A stretch of DNA of 64,000 nt, taken from an uncultured virus (IMG/VR IMGVR_UViG_3300028800_000070). Its lineage: Duplodnaviria; Heunggongvirae; Uroviricota; Caudoviricetes. The stretch lies in IMG/VR virus record IMGVR_UViG_3300028800_000070. One strand, given 5' to 3'. The notes under the pieces were generated by a model. That model had not been told where the DNA came from. It ran no database searches and saw only the letters and a list, made by a program, of their open reading frames with translations. Of this stretch, positions 28,506-37,770 are shown in pieces. Each line of letters begins with the position of its first letter. Positions within the stretch are counted from its first letter, which is position 1. The translations under genes and the position numbers were made by a program.

Positions 28506-29555
28506 TTATTTCGCTTTGAACCCTACTTCACGAGCTATTTGTTTGATTGATTTATTATGATCCCTAGCATAATTATATTTCATAATATTTGCAGGAACTT
28601 GTGGCGTGTTCTTTACTCCCGCAATAGGAGCGTTCTTCCCTGGAACTTCTGTTGGCTTTTCAGGATTAACTTTCTGTGTTGGTAGATAATGCAAGAAGAA
28701 TATCTTATTGAAAGACATGACAGGTTGTAGGTTTGCTTTTACTCTCTCTGTATTGAGTTTTATTCCGAAAGCTATAACCTTCTGTATCTCTTTCGCTGCT
28801 TCATCAGTAGTATTTGGATTATTAACTTCATTAATGTCATTGGGAGTTGGCAACAGCTTTGCGGCGTTTATTTCCTTAATATCACTAAACACTTGATTCG
28901 TATAATCGGCGAGCTTCTTATCATTCTCTGCCTTAGCGTCCGGTGGTTTGGTTTCGACAACAGGTTCTTTGGGTTGAGCTTTCATACGTTGCTCCCATTT
29001 AGCATCTGAGATACGCATTTGCTCTTCTGCAATTTCTTTCCAATCCTTCGGTACTCTATTCTCTTTTTCCCATAATGGAATAAGCTCATCAAGTTCTTTT
29101 TGTTTCTCTAATACGGATTTATCCTTATCTAATATTTCGGCAACTTTCTCCTCGAATGCTTTTCGTGTTTCTGTTCCCACTCGTGATGCCGCTTCTTCTG
29201 CTGCTTTTCGCGCAACTTCTTCGATGTTTGAAGTTTGAGGTACTTCTTCTTTCTTTCCTTCTTCCGGAAGTGTTTGTTTGACTTCCACTTTTTCAGTTGA
29301 TACAACCTCTCCTTTTTTTTCCTCTTCTGTCTCTTTTGGTTCTTCCTTTTCCTTAGCTTCCATATTAGCTAGATATTTCGCTCTTCGTTCCTTAATACTT
29401 TTCTCTTTTACATCAGAGACTATCTGACGCATGGAGCGTCCACCATCTCTTCGATAAACAAACTTGTCTTGAGCTGCTGGCGATGCTTCAGTTTTAGTTT
29501 CTTCCGCGGGTGCATCTTCGTAGCGTGGTAATAATCGTGTGAAATATGTTTTCAT
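28506..29555 (-). CDS. capsid scaffolding protein
   Basis: E/K-rich helical protein between portal and MCP; MKTYFTRLLPRY start. Confidence 0.65.
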   Translation of the reverse strand: MKTYFTRLLPRYEDAPAEETKTEASPAAQDKFVYRRDGGRSMRQIVSDVKEKSIKERRAKYLANMEAKEKEEPKETEEEKKGEVVSTEKVEVKQTLPEEGKKEEVPQTSNIEEVARKAAEEAASRVGTETRKAFEEKVAEILDKDKSVLEKQKELDELIPLWEKENRVPKDWKEIAEEQMRISDAKWEQRMKAQPKEPVVETKPPDAKAENDKKLADYTNQVFSDIKEINAAKLLPTPNDINEVNNPNTTDEAAKEIQKVIAFGIKLNTERVKANLQPVMSFNKIFFLHYLPTQKVNPEKPTEVPGKNAPIAGVKNTPQVPANIMKYNYARDHNKSIKQIAREVGFKAK

Positions 29556-29582
29556 ATAACTATTATAGCATTAGCATAGGAA

Positions 29583-31712
29583 CTACATTATACGTGGCGA
29601 TGCAACAGGTGGTTGCGTAGGCGGACTAATCGGAACTCCGCTTGTATTCCCCGCGCTTGGATTCTGTGGCATGGCAGGAGCTGGTGCTTGAGGAGCAGGT
29701 TGAGGCATAGGTTGTTGTGGGGCTGGTTGAGCAGGAGCAGGCGCACCTTGTCCTGCAACTGAAGGAATAAGAGCGCTTTGCTGAGGCAATGGCATTTGTG
29801 CTTTCATGAGCGCTTGCGCTAATGCTTCTGAGGTATCCAGTCCTTTACTCACTTTTTGTAAATAAGCGATAGGATCAGCTTTCGCAAGAATGAGCTTCTC
29901 TGTGAGTCCGTCAGGGTCAGGAAGACCCATCATGACATAAAAACTATGTGGATCTACCATTTGCATCTTCGCCATATCCATAGCGTTATTCTGCGCTTTA
30001 AGTTTATCTGTTCCGCTTGCTTTAATCTTAATCAACATTCCTTCATCCCACCCGTTTTGATGTAAGCGTTGATAGACCGCTAGCCCAGCATTACCTAACA
30101 ACCATTTAAAATGCTTAGGTGTATAGCGAAGTATCCCCCACTGTGCATCCCATTCAGCCATCCATAACGCTGCATCATTAATCGTATCTTCTACTAGATC
30201 ATCGGCACTTGTGAAATCACTTTCACGGCCTATTTGGGTATTAGTAGCAGGCGTATTATGTTGTATCTCCCCTCGTACAGCGTTTGAATGAGCGACAGCA
30301 TACATCCTATCTCGTGTCTTATCTTGATATTCATATTGATCTCGGGTTGGACGCTCAGGGGCGACAAACTCGTGCACCTCTCGTGGCGATCCTTCCACAG
30401 AAACATCCTCATTTGGTGCGTTCATATCAAGCTCTTCCACATCCGAAGGAGTTAATGCTGCTTTAGCCCAAATATGATGTCCTCTATTCTTGATTGTTTC
30501 AGCTATCTGTTTCCCTCCATCATCTACCGTTACTTGATTGCGGATATTCTGTTCAATACGCGATGTTTCATCATAGGGCTGTATTCCCCATTGATCATAG
30601 CCCATAAAATAGAACGGTTTTCGTGGAAACTTAAAATAGTTTTTGTATACTTTCTCCTGTTTTACATGCGATGGCACTTGGCCTGTCATAAGAATAGCTT
30701 GAAGCTCTTGTCCATTTAATCCTCTCTTCTCTTGCCCCTGTTTCCCCTGGTCATAGACGAAGTATCTATCCTCTCCTTCATAATCAAAGTTAGGATTCTT
30801 CATCTTGTGTAAAATAACCTTCTTATATTTCCACAACACACCATGAACTAATTCAACTTTCGTATCAGATTGACGCTTTAAGTAGTGAAACCATACTTCA
30901 CGATAACGTACCTTTGTAGCAAGAGCTGAGTAGGTTTCCATACGTCCTGGCATTAGGCCGTCTGATTCAAGCTGTGTGATAAGTTCTTCTTTCTTTTGTG
31001 GAAACTTTAAAAAGAGTTCGTGGATTGATTCATCAGGAATAATATGGGAGACAAACTGCATCTCGTCAGCATTCTTAGTTGAACAGGTATGATCAACCTC
31101 AATAAGATCTGGATGTATTGCCCCAAACTTACGATCATCAGTTGCCGGATCCCACCATGTTTTAATTACTCCGGTAAAATAGACAGGGTGATGTTTAAAC
31201 GCTAGTCCTAATACAAATCTATTTTCACGGTCTTTTACTTGTGAGTTAATGGCTTTACTGTATTGTTCAGCGAAGAGTGTTTCATCATCTGATTCGTCAT
31301 TCTCCGGCTCTACAATAAAATCAGGAAGGCGTGCCATAGCGAGCGGTTTTATTGTTCCTTCTATTTCATAGAGCACATTATCCTGAAATTTATCTTCCCA
31401 ATCTTTATAGCCATGTTCCTTTTCACGATCTAAATTCTGTCTTCCCCATAGGTAAACTTCATTTTTCTTGCGCCTCTTAAAGAGATCATATTTATCTTCA
31501 TAGAAAGTGTTGTAGTCTTTTACCCAATCATCAACGATATCACACAACTCGTCATCAGGGATATCAAGTTGAAGCGGATCTATAGGGGAGAATGAGTTAA
31601 TGCCCTCTTCATCAACATGCTTGGCAGGATCTTGATCGTCATAGCTTGCCTGCATCTTACGGCCTTCCATATTGACATCATAGCGTGGTAATAATCTGTG
31701 AAATCTATTCAT
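29583..31712 (-). CDS. portal protein (P22-like)
   Basis: 709 aa after TerL; TGVIKTWWD; Pro/Gln-rich C-tail; MNRFHRLLPRY start. Confidence 0.75.
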   Translation of the reverse strand: MNRFHRLLPRYDVNMEGRKMQASYDDQDPAKHVDEEGINSFSPIDPLQLDIPDDELCDIVDDWVKDYNTFYEDKYDLFKRRKKNEVYLWGRQNLDREKEHGYKDWEDKFQDNVLYEIEGTIKPLAMARLPDFIVEPENDESDDETLFAEQYSKAINSQVKDRENRFVLGLAFKHHPVYFTGVIKTWWDPATDDRKFGAIHPDLIEVDHTCSTKNADEMQFVSHIIPDESIHELFLKFPQKKEELITQLESDGLMPGRMETYSALATKVRYREVWFHYLKRQSDTKVELVHGVLWKYKKVILHKMKNPNFDYEGEDRYFVYDQGKQGQEKRGLNGQELQAILMTGQVPSHVKQEKVYKNYFKFPRKPFYFMGYDQWGIQPYDETSRIEQNIRNQVTVDDGGKQIAETIKNRGHHIWAKAALTPSDVEELDMNAPNEDVSVEGSPREVHEFVAPERPTRDQYEYQDKTRDRMYAVAHSNAVRGEIQHNTPATNTQIGRESDFTSADDLVEDTINDAALWMAEWDAQWGILRYTPKHFKWLLGNAGLAVYQRLHQNGWDEGMLIKIKASGTDKLKAQNNAMDMAKMQMVDPHSFYVMMGLPDPDGLTEKLILAKADPIAYLQKVSKGLDTSEALAQALMKAQMPLPQQSALIPSVAGQGAPAPAQPAPQQPMPQPAPQAPAPAMPQNPSAGNTSGVPISPPTQPPVASPRIM

Positions 31713-31761
31713 AAAAAAAGCACAAAGCCGTTAAGCTATGTGCTGTAGCAAAATTATATCA
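31713..31761 (-). promoter_or_regulatory. -10 box plus ACAUA-hairpin/U-tract leader (copy 6)
   Basis: TGaTATAAT tttgctac AGCACATAGCTTAACGGCTTTGTGCT TTTTTT ATG. Confidence 0.75.
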
Positions 31762-32214
31762 TATTACAATGTCCCGAAGTTGGTATTCCTTTTTACAATC
31801 AGGCTTACTACATGAAAAATCTGCAGGTAAAGTAAGGATCTTTTCAGGTTGTAATTGTTTCACGATATTCTGATTATATTCAAGAAGCGGCGTTCGACAG
31901 ATAAGACAATAAAAAACGGGATTATCAGGTCTTACTATAAGAGTGAGACGGGTTCTTGTTCCTTTATCAAAAGAGGATATCATCTGATAACTATAGATCT
32001 CTTTACATTTATGACATTTAGATAGAACCGCTGTGATATTCTTTGTTTCAAAACCAGGAAGAAGATTGACAATATGTCCTTTTATCTGTGCTATTCCTGT
32101 TGCACAATAAGGACAATAAAAATAGATAACTTTATCCGGCTTTTCTTTATCAGGAGCGATAACAATAGTGGTAAAGGTAAACTCTATAGACTCATCACGA
32201 ACGGTTGCTAGCAT
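31759..32214 (-). CDS. double Zn-ribbon protein
   Basis: CPYC, CHKC, CLIC, CSKPDC; leaderless start 32214. Confidence 0.65.
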   Translation of the reverse strand: MLATVRDESIEFTFTTIVIAPDKEKPDKVIYFYCPYCATGIAQIKGHIVNLLPGFETKNITAVLSKCHKCKEIYSYQMISSFDKGTRTRLTLIVRPDNPVFYCLICRTPLLEYNQNIVKQLQPEKILTLPADFSCSKPDCKKEYQLRDIVI

Positions 32215-32241
32215 GTCTCTATTATATATTAACAACAGAAA

Positions 32242-33783
32242 CTACTTTGCTTTGATTACAAATTTATCGAGATTAATCATATGATGCTCCATATTTTGTA
32301 CCGGAGTAAAGAACTTTGCCGCATTACCTCGCACCTCATCATGTCGCTTATGTACTCCTTGGAAGCCGTCAATAAGCTTTATATTCTTGAGACAATACCT
32401 ATTACCATCTCCCGCGTGATCCTCACCTTCCGTGTTAACATCCTCGGGTTTTGTCTCATCATGAATCAAATCAGGAATAGTTCTAATTGCGTTGACACAT
32501 GTTGACGACCATTGACAGAATGGTTCTCCATCAGGGCCGTCTCCCATCCAACGATCCATGTATACCCAACCGGGTATTCTATCATTGTTTGCCTTTTGGA
32601 GAATACGCCACTTATCATCGTCACTCATAAACTGATCTCTAATACTCACCGAGACCATATCATTGCCCTTATTGAAGATTGTAGGATCAGCATGTACCCA
32701 TGATATATCTGCGAGTGTTAGATCAAATCGCTTCAAGTCTCGTTTTATCTCCTTACTCCATTCTTCAGGTGATTTCTTTGTGCCATACGCTTCATAGAAG
32801 AATTTGACTCTATAAAAAGGAAAGACGTCGTTTTTATCATCTCGGTAGAATATCTTGTTAACTGTTGCAAGATGCAATGAGAAGGGCTTACTGGATCCCC
32901 AATCCATACCGCCTACAATCAATTCATCTTTCTTTGGAACGAATGGATTAATGACATGCTTTGCATAGCGCCATTTATCAAAGAACTGTCCATCAGGCGT
33001 ATCCCAATCTCCCTCTAGCAATGTCTTCTTTATCTTTATAGAGGTTGACAATCTGTCAGAATAATCAGGGTCACGCTTGACTAAGATCTGATTATCATTG
33101 AGCTTTGAGGGAATAAAGACATGCTTACGTAACTGTCCTGTTTCGTATTTGTAATCATGGACTACTTCCCTTTCACCCAGATTAACAAATCTATCTCTAA
33201 AATGAGCATGACCAATATTGCCAGGATTAGTTGCCAAGGCAGTGAAAGGTTTAAAGGTAGGATAATTAACAGTAGCACGGTTACGAGTAATAAGGTAGTC
33301 AATAATTTCAGCTGTAAACTGTGTGCTTTCATCTATGAGTAATATATCAATTTGCCAGGATTGATAGTTATACATATCCCGTGGGTCTTTACAATGACAA
33401 AACTGCATGAGTGATTTAGTGGGAAAATGCCAGCGGTGTTTCTGTTCGTTATATTTGGCTATATTTGATAAGAGTTGCGTAGAGCGTTGTATAGCTCCCC
33501 CTACTCCTTCGAGCTGAGGGAATTCACGACGGAAATAGGCTATGTTAAGACCAGGATATGCTAACGCGGCTACGAGACCGATTGCAAGTAACGTGTCAGT
33601 CTTTCCACCTCCTGCTGATCCTCCGTAGCCAATAAGATCTGCGACAGCTTGAGTGAAAGGACTCCCTGAGCTACCAGACGGGCGCAGTTCCCAATTAGTA
33701 GCAAACGGCTGGCTGAGTCCTGCGGCTTTAAGACAGACGAGTTGGCGTTCTTGCGGTTCCCAGTTGATTTCATAATTACTCAT
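32242..33783 (-). CDS. terL: terminase large subunit
   Basis: Walker A GGSAGGGKT, Walker B LLIDES, ATNPG, nuclease GMDWG and DHAGDGNRY. Confidence 0.95.
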   Translation of the reverse strand: MSNYEINWEPQERQLVCLKAAGLSQPFATNWELRPSGSSGSPFTQAVADLIGYGGSAGGGKTDTLLAIGLVAALAYPGLNIAYFRREFPQLEGVGGAIQRSTQLLSNIAKYNEQKHRWHFPTKSLMQFCHCKDPRDMYNYQSWQIDILLIDESTQFTAEIIDYLITRNRATVNYPTFKPFTALATNPGNIGHAHFRDRFVNLGEREVVHDYKYETGQLRKHVFIPSKLNDNQILVKRDPDYSDRLSTSIKIKKTLLEGDWDTPDGQFFDKWRYAKHVINPFVPKKDELIVGGMDWGSSKPFSLHLATVNKIFYRDDKNDVFPFYRVKFFYEAYGTKKSPEEWSKEIKRDLKRFDLTLADISWVHADPTIFNKGNDMVSVSIRDQFMSDDDKWRILQKANNDRIPGWVYMDRWMGDGPDGEPFCQWSSTCVNAIRTIPDLIHDETKPEDVNTEGEDHAGDGNRYCLKNIKLIDGFQGVHKRHDEVRGNAAKFFTPVQNMEHHMINLDKFVIKAK

Positions 33784-34219
33784 TCTTACTTTTAAATATC
33801 ACTGAGATAGGCTCTCCATCAACCCCTGAATGTTCGTTTTTATTTACCTGTTCATCTTTCCAACCAAAGTTATTCTTTAGGTTAAATATAGACCCTGATT
33901 GTGCTTTGCCATCCATGAGCCTTGTTTCAACATCTTCATGTATTTTCTCTCTAGCATCTTTAATAGCGTCAGAAAATTCATCCTTTTGACTATATTCAAT
34001 TAATCCTTGTCGAGATAGTCCTAAACGTCTAGCAAGCCCTGACATTGTATAGGGGGCAGGAAAAGATACAAAAAACTCTTTGCCTGTATCATCAGCTTTT
34101 TTAATTGCCCGATTATCACACCATTCAAAATATTCATTTATTATATTCTGCAATTCTTCAACTGTTGAATATTTAACAGGTCTACCTACCGGATTTGATT
34201 GTGGTTCTTCATCATTCAT
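33776..34219 (-). CDS. terS: terminase small subunit (P22 gp3-like)
   Basis: GRPVKY, TMSGLARRLG, IFNLKNNFGWKD; overlaps terL. Confidence 0.85.
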   Translation of the reverse strand: MNDEEPQSNPVGRPVKYSTVEELQNIINEYFEWCDNRAIKKADDTGKEFFVSFPAPYTMSGLARRLGLSRQGLIEYSQKDEFSDAIKDAREKIHEDVETRLMDGKAQSGSIFNLKNNFGWKDEQVNKNEHSGVDGEPISVIFKSKNE

Positions 34220-34559
34220 GTTTTTGTAATCGTATAAATACCTGTGTCAATTGACTCACTGCATTTTCTCTCGCATAAAAAAATAACTCATCTGACGTTG
34301 ATTGTTCTAATTTACTTATCGCTATATTATTATCAACAATTTTATCGTATGTTGCCATTAAGATATGTATAAATTCATGGATAATAATAGCGTCTTCATT
34401 TACCGGATCACTATCAAATCTAAATGTTATTACCGCTTTACAATATACAGGATCAGCATATGTTTGAGCATTTGCGTTAAGAGCTGCATCTTTCTTAATT
34501 TCTATATTCCAATTTTGTAAACCGAATAACTCTTGATAATATTTTATCTTTTCTTCCAT
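34212..34559 (-). CDS. small zincin-like (HExxH) protein
   Basis: IIIHEFIHI plus a downstream Glu (REN). Confidence 0.55.
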   Translation of the reverse strand: MEEKIKYYQELFGLQNWNIEIKKDAALNANAQTYADPVYCKAVITFRFDSDPVNEDAIIIHEFIHILMATYDKIVDNNIAISKLEQSTSDELFFYARENAVSQLTQVFIRLQKHE

Positions 34560-34565
34560 ATTATA

Positions 34566-34877
34566 TCATTTAGTATGTTTTTGTTGCTCTAAGATCCTTC
34601 GATGCTCTGCAAGTATAAGATCGTTGTCTAGCGTTTCTTTCATCGCCTGTCGCGCCTCACGCTTTTCAATAGGCTGATTCTTTAACCAAACCTCCTGGGC
34701 AGATGGAGGTTTGATTCTTCCCGTCGGGATAGTTTGGGTTTGTTGATGGGTAAGTTTTTTAATTACTAATTTACCATTCTCTAATATTTCTATTGTTTTA
34801 TCTTTATTCGCAGTATATCCAGCAAAATAGCCGATAAAATATATAATTACATAGGAAATTGCAAGTTCTATTATCAT
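34566..34877 (-). CDS. membrane-anchored protein, counterpart of 59038..59310
   Basis: N-terminal TM; G.I..PS motif shared. Confidence 0.55.
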   Translation of the reverse strand: MIIELAISYVIIYFIGYFAGYTANKDKTIEILENGKLVIKKLTHQQTQTIPTGRIKPPSAQEVWLKNQPIEKREARQAMKETLDNDLILAEHRRILEQQKHTK

Positions 34878-35176
34878 ATTGTTATTGGATTATATTTATA
34901 TTCCACACTATCATTTTTTTTTACTGTTGGTTCCATGTCCGATGCTAGTGCGTAGTTATCATATTCTTTAGGAAGAAGAGTTAATAATTGAGGAAGATGA
35001 GAAGTATCAGTCATATCGATAATAAGGGTACAAACATATTCAAATTTATGAACAACAAAATAAGGAGTGGCGGTTAATTTATTTCTGATAATATCGCCTT
35101 TTTTCCAACTACATTGGATTGATTTATCATATTCATATTTCCTTACTGATCCTATGTGGACACTTTTTGCTTTCAT
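34874..35176 (-). CDS. hypothetical protein
   Basis: 100-aa coupled ORF. Confidence 0.5.
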   Translation of the reverse strand: MKAKSVHIGSVRKYEYDKSIQCSWKKGDIIRNKLTATPYFVVHKFEYVCTLIIDMTDTSHLPQLLTLLPKEYDNYALASDMEPTVKKNDSVEYKYNPITI

Positions 35177-35179
35177 AAA

Positions 35180-35515
35180 TTAACCCTCTTTTTTATAATA
35201 CTGATATGCCGCGCTTGACCCTGCGTTATGATAACCAGATTCTCTAATTTCTTTATCAGAATAGCCTAACTCCTTTGCTCGTTTAACTCCATATAATTCA
35301 ACCCAACGTTTATTTAGATATCCTTTAATATGCTGTGGCTCTATATCATCAGCCATCCTGCGTCTATCTTCTTTTATTGCCTCACTCACAAACTCAGTCT
35401 GCTCTCCGGCTCTCTTTCTATTCTTGGCCGTTCCGTTTTGACATGCCTCACAAGGTAACCAGCCCCAATAAGGATCGTAAACTGCTGGGCTCTTCTGACA
35501 AATATTGCATATCAT
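35180..35515 (-). CDS. Zn-binding hypothetical, homolog of 59303..59665
   Basis: CNIC/CEAC; EF....IK.DR...A.D shared. Confidence 0.55.
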   Translation of the reverse strand: MICNICQKSPAVYDPYWGWLPCEACQNGTAKNRKRAGEQTEFVSEAIKEDRRRMADDIEPQHIKGYLNKRWVELYGVKRAKELGYSDKEIRESGYHNAGSSAAYQYYKKEG

Positions 35516-35576
35516 ACTTATTTCTTTAAAGTAATACGCAAGACTGCCACTCACGTATTACTCAAAGGAAATAAAG

Positions 35577-35657
35577 TTACTTTCTTTTCTTTTTCTCTTT
35601 TTTCTTTTTATCTTCTTTTTTATCTTCCTTCTTTTCTTTCCATTTACTTTCAGCCAT
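35577..35657 (-). CDS. 26-aa Lys-rich peptide
   Basis: MAESKWKEKKEDKKEDKKKKEKKKRK with SD AAGGAGGT. Confidence 0.55.
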   Translation of the reverse strand: MAESKWKEKKEDKKEDKKKKEKKKRK

Positions 35658-35675
35658 GATACCTCCTTTCTTTAT

Positions 35676-37316
35676 TTATTCCTCTTCAATGTCAGGGACG
35701 ATAATATTTCGAGTAGTAACTATTTCAATAGCAACTGAAACTGCATTCTTGATCGCTTCAATTGACACCTCGATTGGATCTATGATACCAGCTTTAATAA
35801 GATTTTTCACCTGTCCATCTGTCACATCAATACCGTATTCTTTTGGTTTCTTATTCATAGCAAGAGCTATCTCAACTTCATCAAATCCTGCATTAGTAAT
35901 AAGTTTCTGGAAAGGTATATAAAGAGCCTGATGGAGTATTTTATTGGTAAGAGGGTTAAAATCAGATTTTCCAGGCAAATCTATTGGAGAAATAAATGCC
36001 TCTAATGCTTTTCTTGCTTCGAGATAAACAACTTCTCCTCCTGGTACAATTCCAGTTCTCATAGCTGCTCTGGTTGCTGCTATAGAATCAATGACACGCT
36101 CCCTACGACCTTTCATTTCAACTTCCGTATTACCACCCACTCTAATTACTGCAACTCCGTCTGTGAGCTTTCCGAAGCGCGCTTTCATACGTTCCTTATC
36201 AAATCCCTCATCGAGTTCATCCATCTGTTTTTTAATTGCTTGTGCTCGTTTTTTGATATCCTCCTTGGTTCCCCTACCTCCTGTGATAATCGTATCTTCT
36301 TTAGTTGAACAAATATATTCAGCAAAGCCTAGATCATCGACCTTGATGTCTTCTAGTTTATCGCCTTTCTCCTCTGAGATAAATTTAGCATCGGTTAAGA
36401 TTGCTAGATCTTGAAGAATGTTCTTTTGGTCTTGACCCATTGAAGGAGCTTGGATACAAAGAGGAAGGATTGAATTGTTTTCGTATTTGTTTTTAAGAAG
36501 AAGAGGGGTTACATCTCCTCCAATTTCAGGGGAGATAATAACAAGAATCTTTGAGGTCTTTACAAATTCAATTAAGAAGTTTTGTATTTTAATAAAGCTT
36601 GTTATTGGTTGATCTGTTATGAGAAAATAGGCATTTTCAAGGAGTGCCTCCATTCGCTGCGGATTAGTAACAAAGAAAGGATGTATCCACCCTCTATCAA
36701 GCTGCATACCTTTTTGTATTTCAGCTGTTGTCTCTTCATTCTTTGATTCCTCTGCTGTTACAACCCCATCTTTACCAACCTTTTGAAGCGTTTCTGCAAT
36801 TATCTTGCCTAATCCTTCATCTCTAGCTGAAATAGCGGCTACCCTCATTAAATCTTTTATTCCTGAGACCGGAATCGCTTGCTCCTTAAGCTCTGAAACA
36901 ATAAGATCTTTCCCTTTATTCAATCCATTGATAAGAGACATAGGATTCGTACCTGAGCCAATCATTTTGAAGCATTCGTTAATTATTGCCTGGGCAAGTA
37001 CGATTACTGCTGTTGTCCCATCCCCTACAGTATCCCGCTGCTTCTTCGCTGCCTCTTTAAGGATCTGAGCGCTAAAGTTGATAGTTTCATCTTTAAGATT
37101 AATTGCTTCCGCAACTGAAACCCCATCGTGATTAACATTTCTAGCATACACTTCCCCTTGAGGGGTTAATTTTACATACCCGACATTTGTGCCGCGTGCT
37201 CCCAGCGTTGAGCCTACCGTATCGCCCATGATATTAACACCCATTTGGAGATTTTTGCGACATTTTTCACCCGTAATTACCTTTACCTGATTCTTTACCA
37301 TTTTAACTTCCCCCAT
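35676..37316 (-). CDS. groL: chaperonin GroEL (phage-encoded)
   Basis: TLGARG, GDGTT, GKDGVVTAEE, GMQLDRG, AVIRVGG, GIVPGG, GIIDP. Confidence 0.95.
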   Translation of the reverse strand: MGEVKMVKNQVKVITGEKCRKNLQMGVNIMGDTVGSTLGARGTNVGYVKLTPQGEVYARNVNHDGVSVAEAINLKDETINFSAQILKEAAKKQRDTVGDGTTAVIVLAQAIINECFKMIGSGTNPMSLINGLNKGKDLIVSELKEQAIPVSGIKDLMRVAAISARDEGLGKIIAETLQKVGKDGVVTAEESKNEETTAEIQKGMQLDRGWIHPFFVTNPQRMEALLENAYFLITDQPITSFIKIQNFLIEFVKTSKILVIISPEIGGDVTPLLLKNKYENNSILPLCIQAPSMGQDQKNILQDLAILTDAKFISEEKGDKLEDIKVDDLGFAEYICSTKEDTIITGGRGTKEDIKKRAQAIKKQMDELDEGFDKERMKARFGKLTDGVAVIRVGGNTEVEMKGRRERVIDSIAATRAAMRTGIVPGGEVVYLEARKALEAFISPIDLPGKSDFNPLTNKILHQALYIPFQKLITNAGFDEVEIALAMNKKPKEYGIDVTDGQVKNLIKAGIIDPIEVSIEAIKNAVSVAIEIVTTRNIIVPDIEEE

Positions 37317-37431
37317 TCCTTTAGCTTAAATCGTTTATATAATATAATATTAAATATTACCCGCATTCGTTTCCACCATGTCAAATGAGATAAATCTAAT
37401 ATTAAAGGTTCGTCAGTTTTATATATTACTT

Positions 37432-37770
37432 TCATTCTTTTCCTAAATTAAGTCTGAAATCCTCCCATTTAATTAAGAAGTACTTTTTATCATTAAGATA
37501 GGTTGTATCATAACCCCCTTCTTGGTAGATATGATAAAAATAAATTGTATCTCCGGCTTCACCATAATCAACTCCATTTAATTTCCCACCATATATACTT
37601 TCTAAATTAATACCCATCGCAATAATTTTTCCGGGTATGATACGATAACTTTCTTTTACCATGCTTATTCCTCCATTTTGCTTCTTTTCTTCCATGGGTT
37701 CTATAAGAGCAATTCCTGGACTCGGAATTAATTGAGGTTTTTTATATTTTTGTTTTACAACAGAATTCAT
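37432..37770 (-). CDS. groS: co-chaperonin GroES-like
   Basis: LIP...LIEP...GGI...GKIIAMG...GD.I...YFLIKWED; adjacent to groL. Confidence 0.75.
   Translation of the reverse strand: MNSVVKQKYKKPQLIPSPGIALIEPMEEKKQNGGISMVKESYRIIPGKIIAMGINLESIYGGKLNGVDYGEAGDTIYFYHIYQEGGYDTTYLNDKKYFLIKWEDFRLNLGKE

Noticed and set aside
27282..31712. Leader being the known Prp/L27 cleavage motif or a prepilin signal
   Set aside because: No LQFF/A-like sequence, and no G-F followed by a hydrophobic helix
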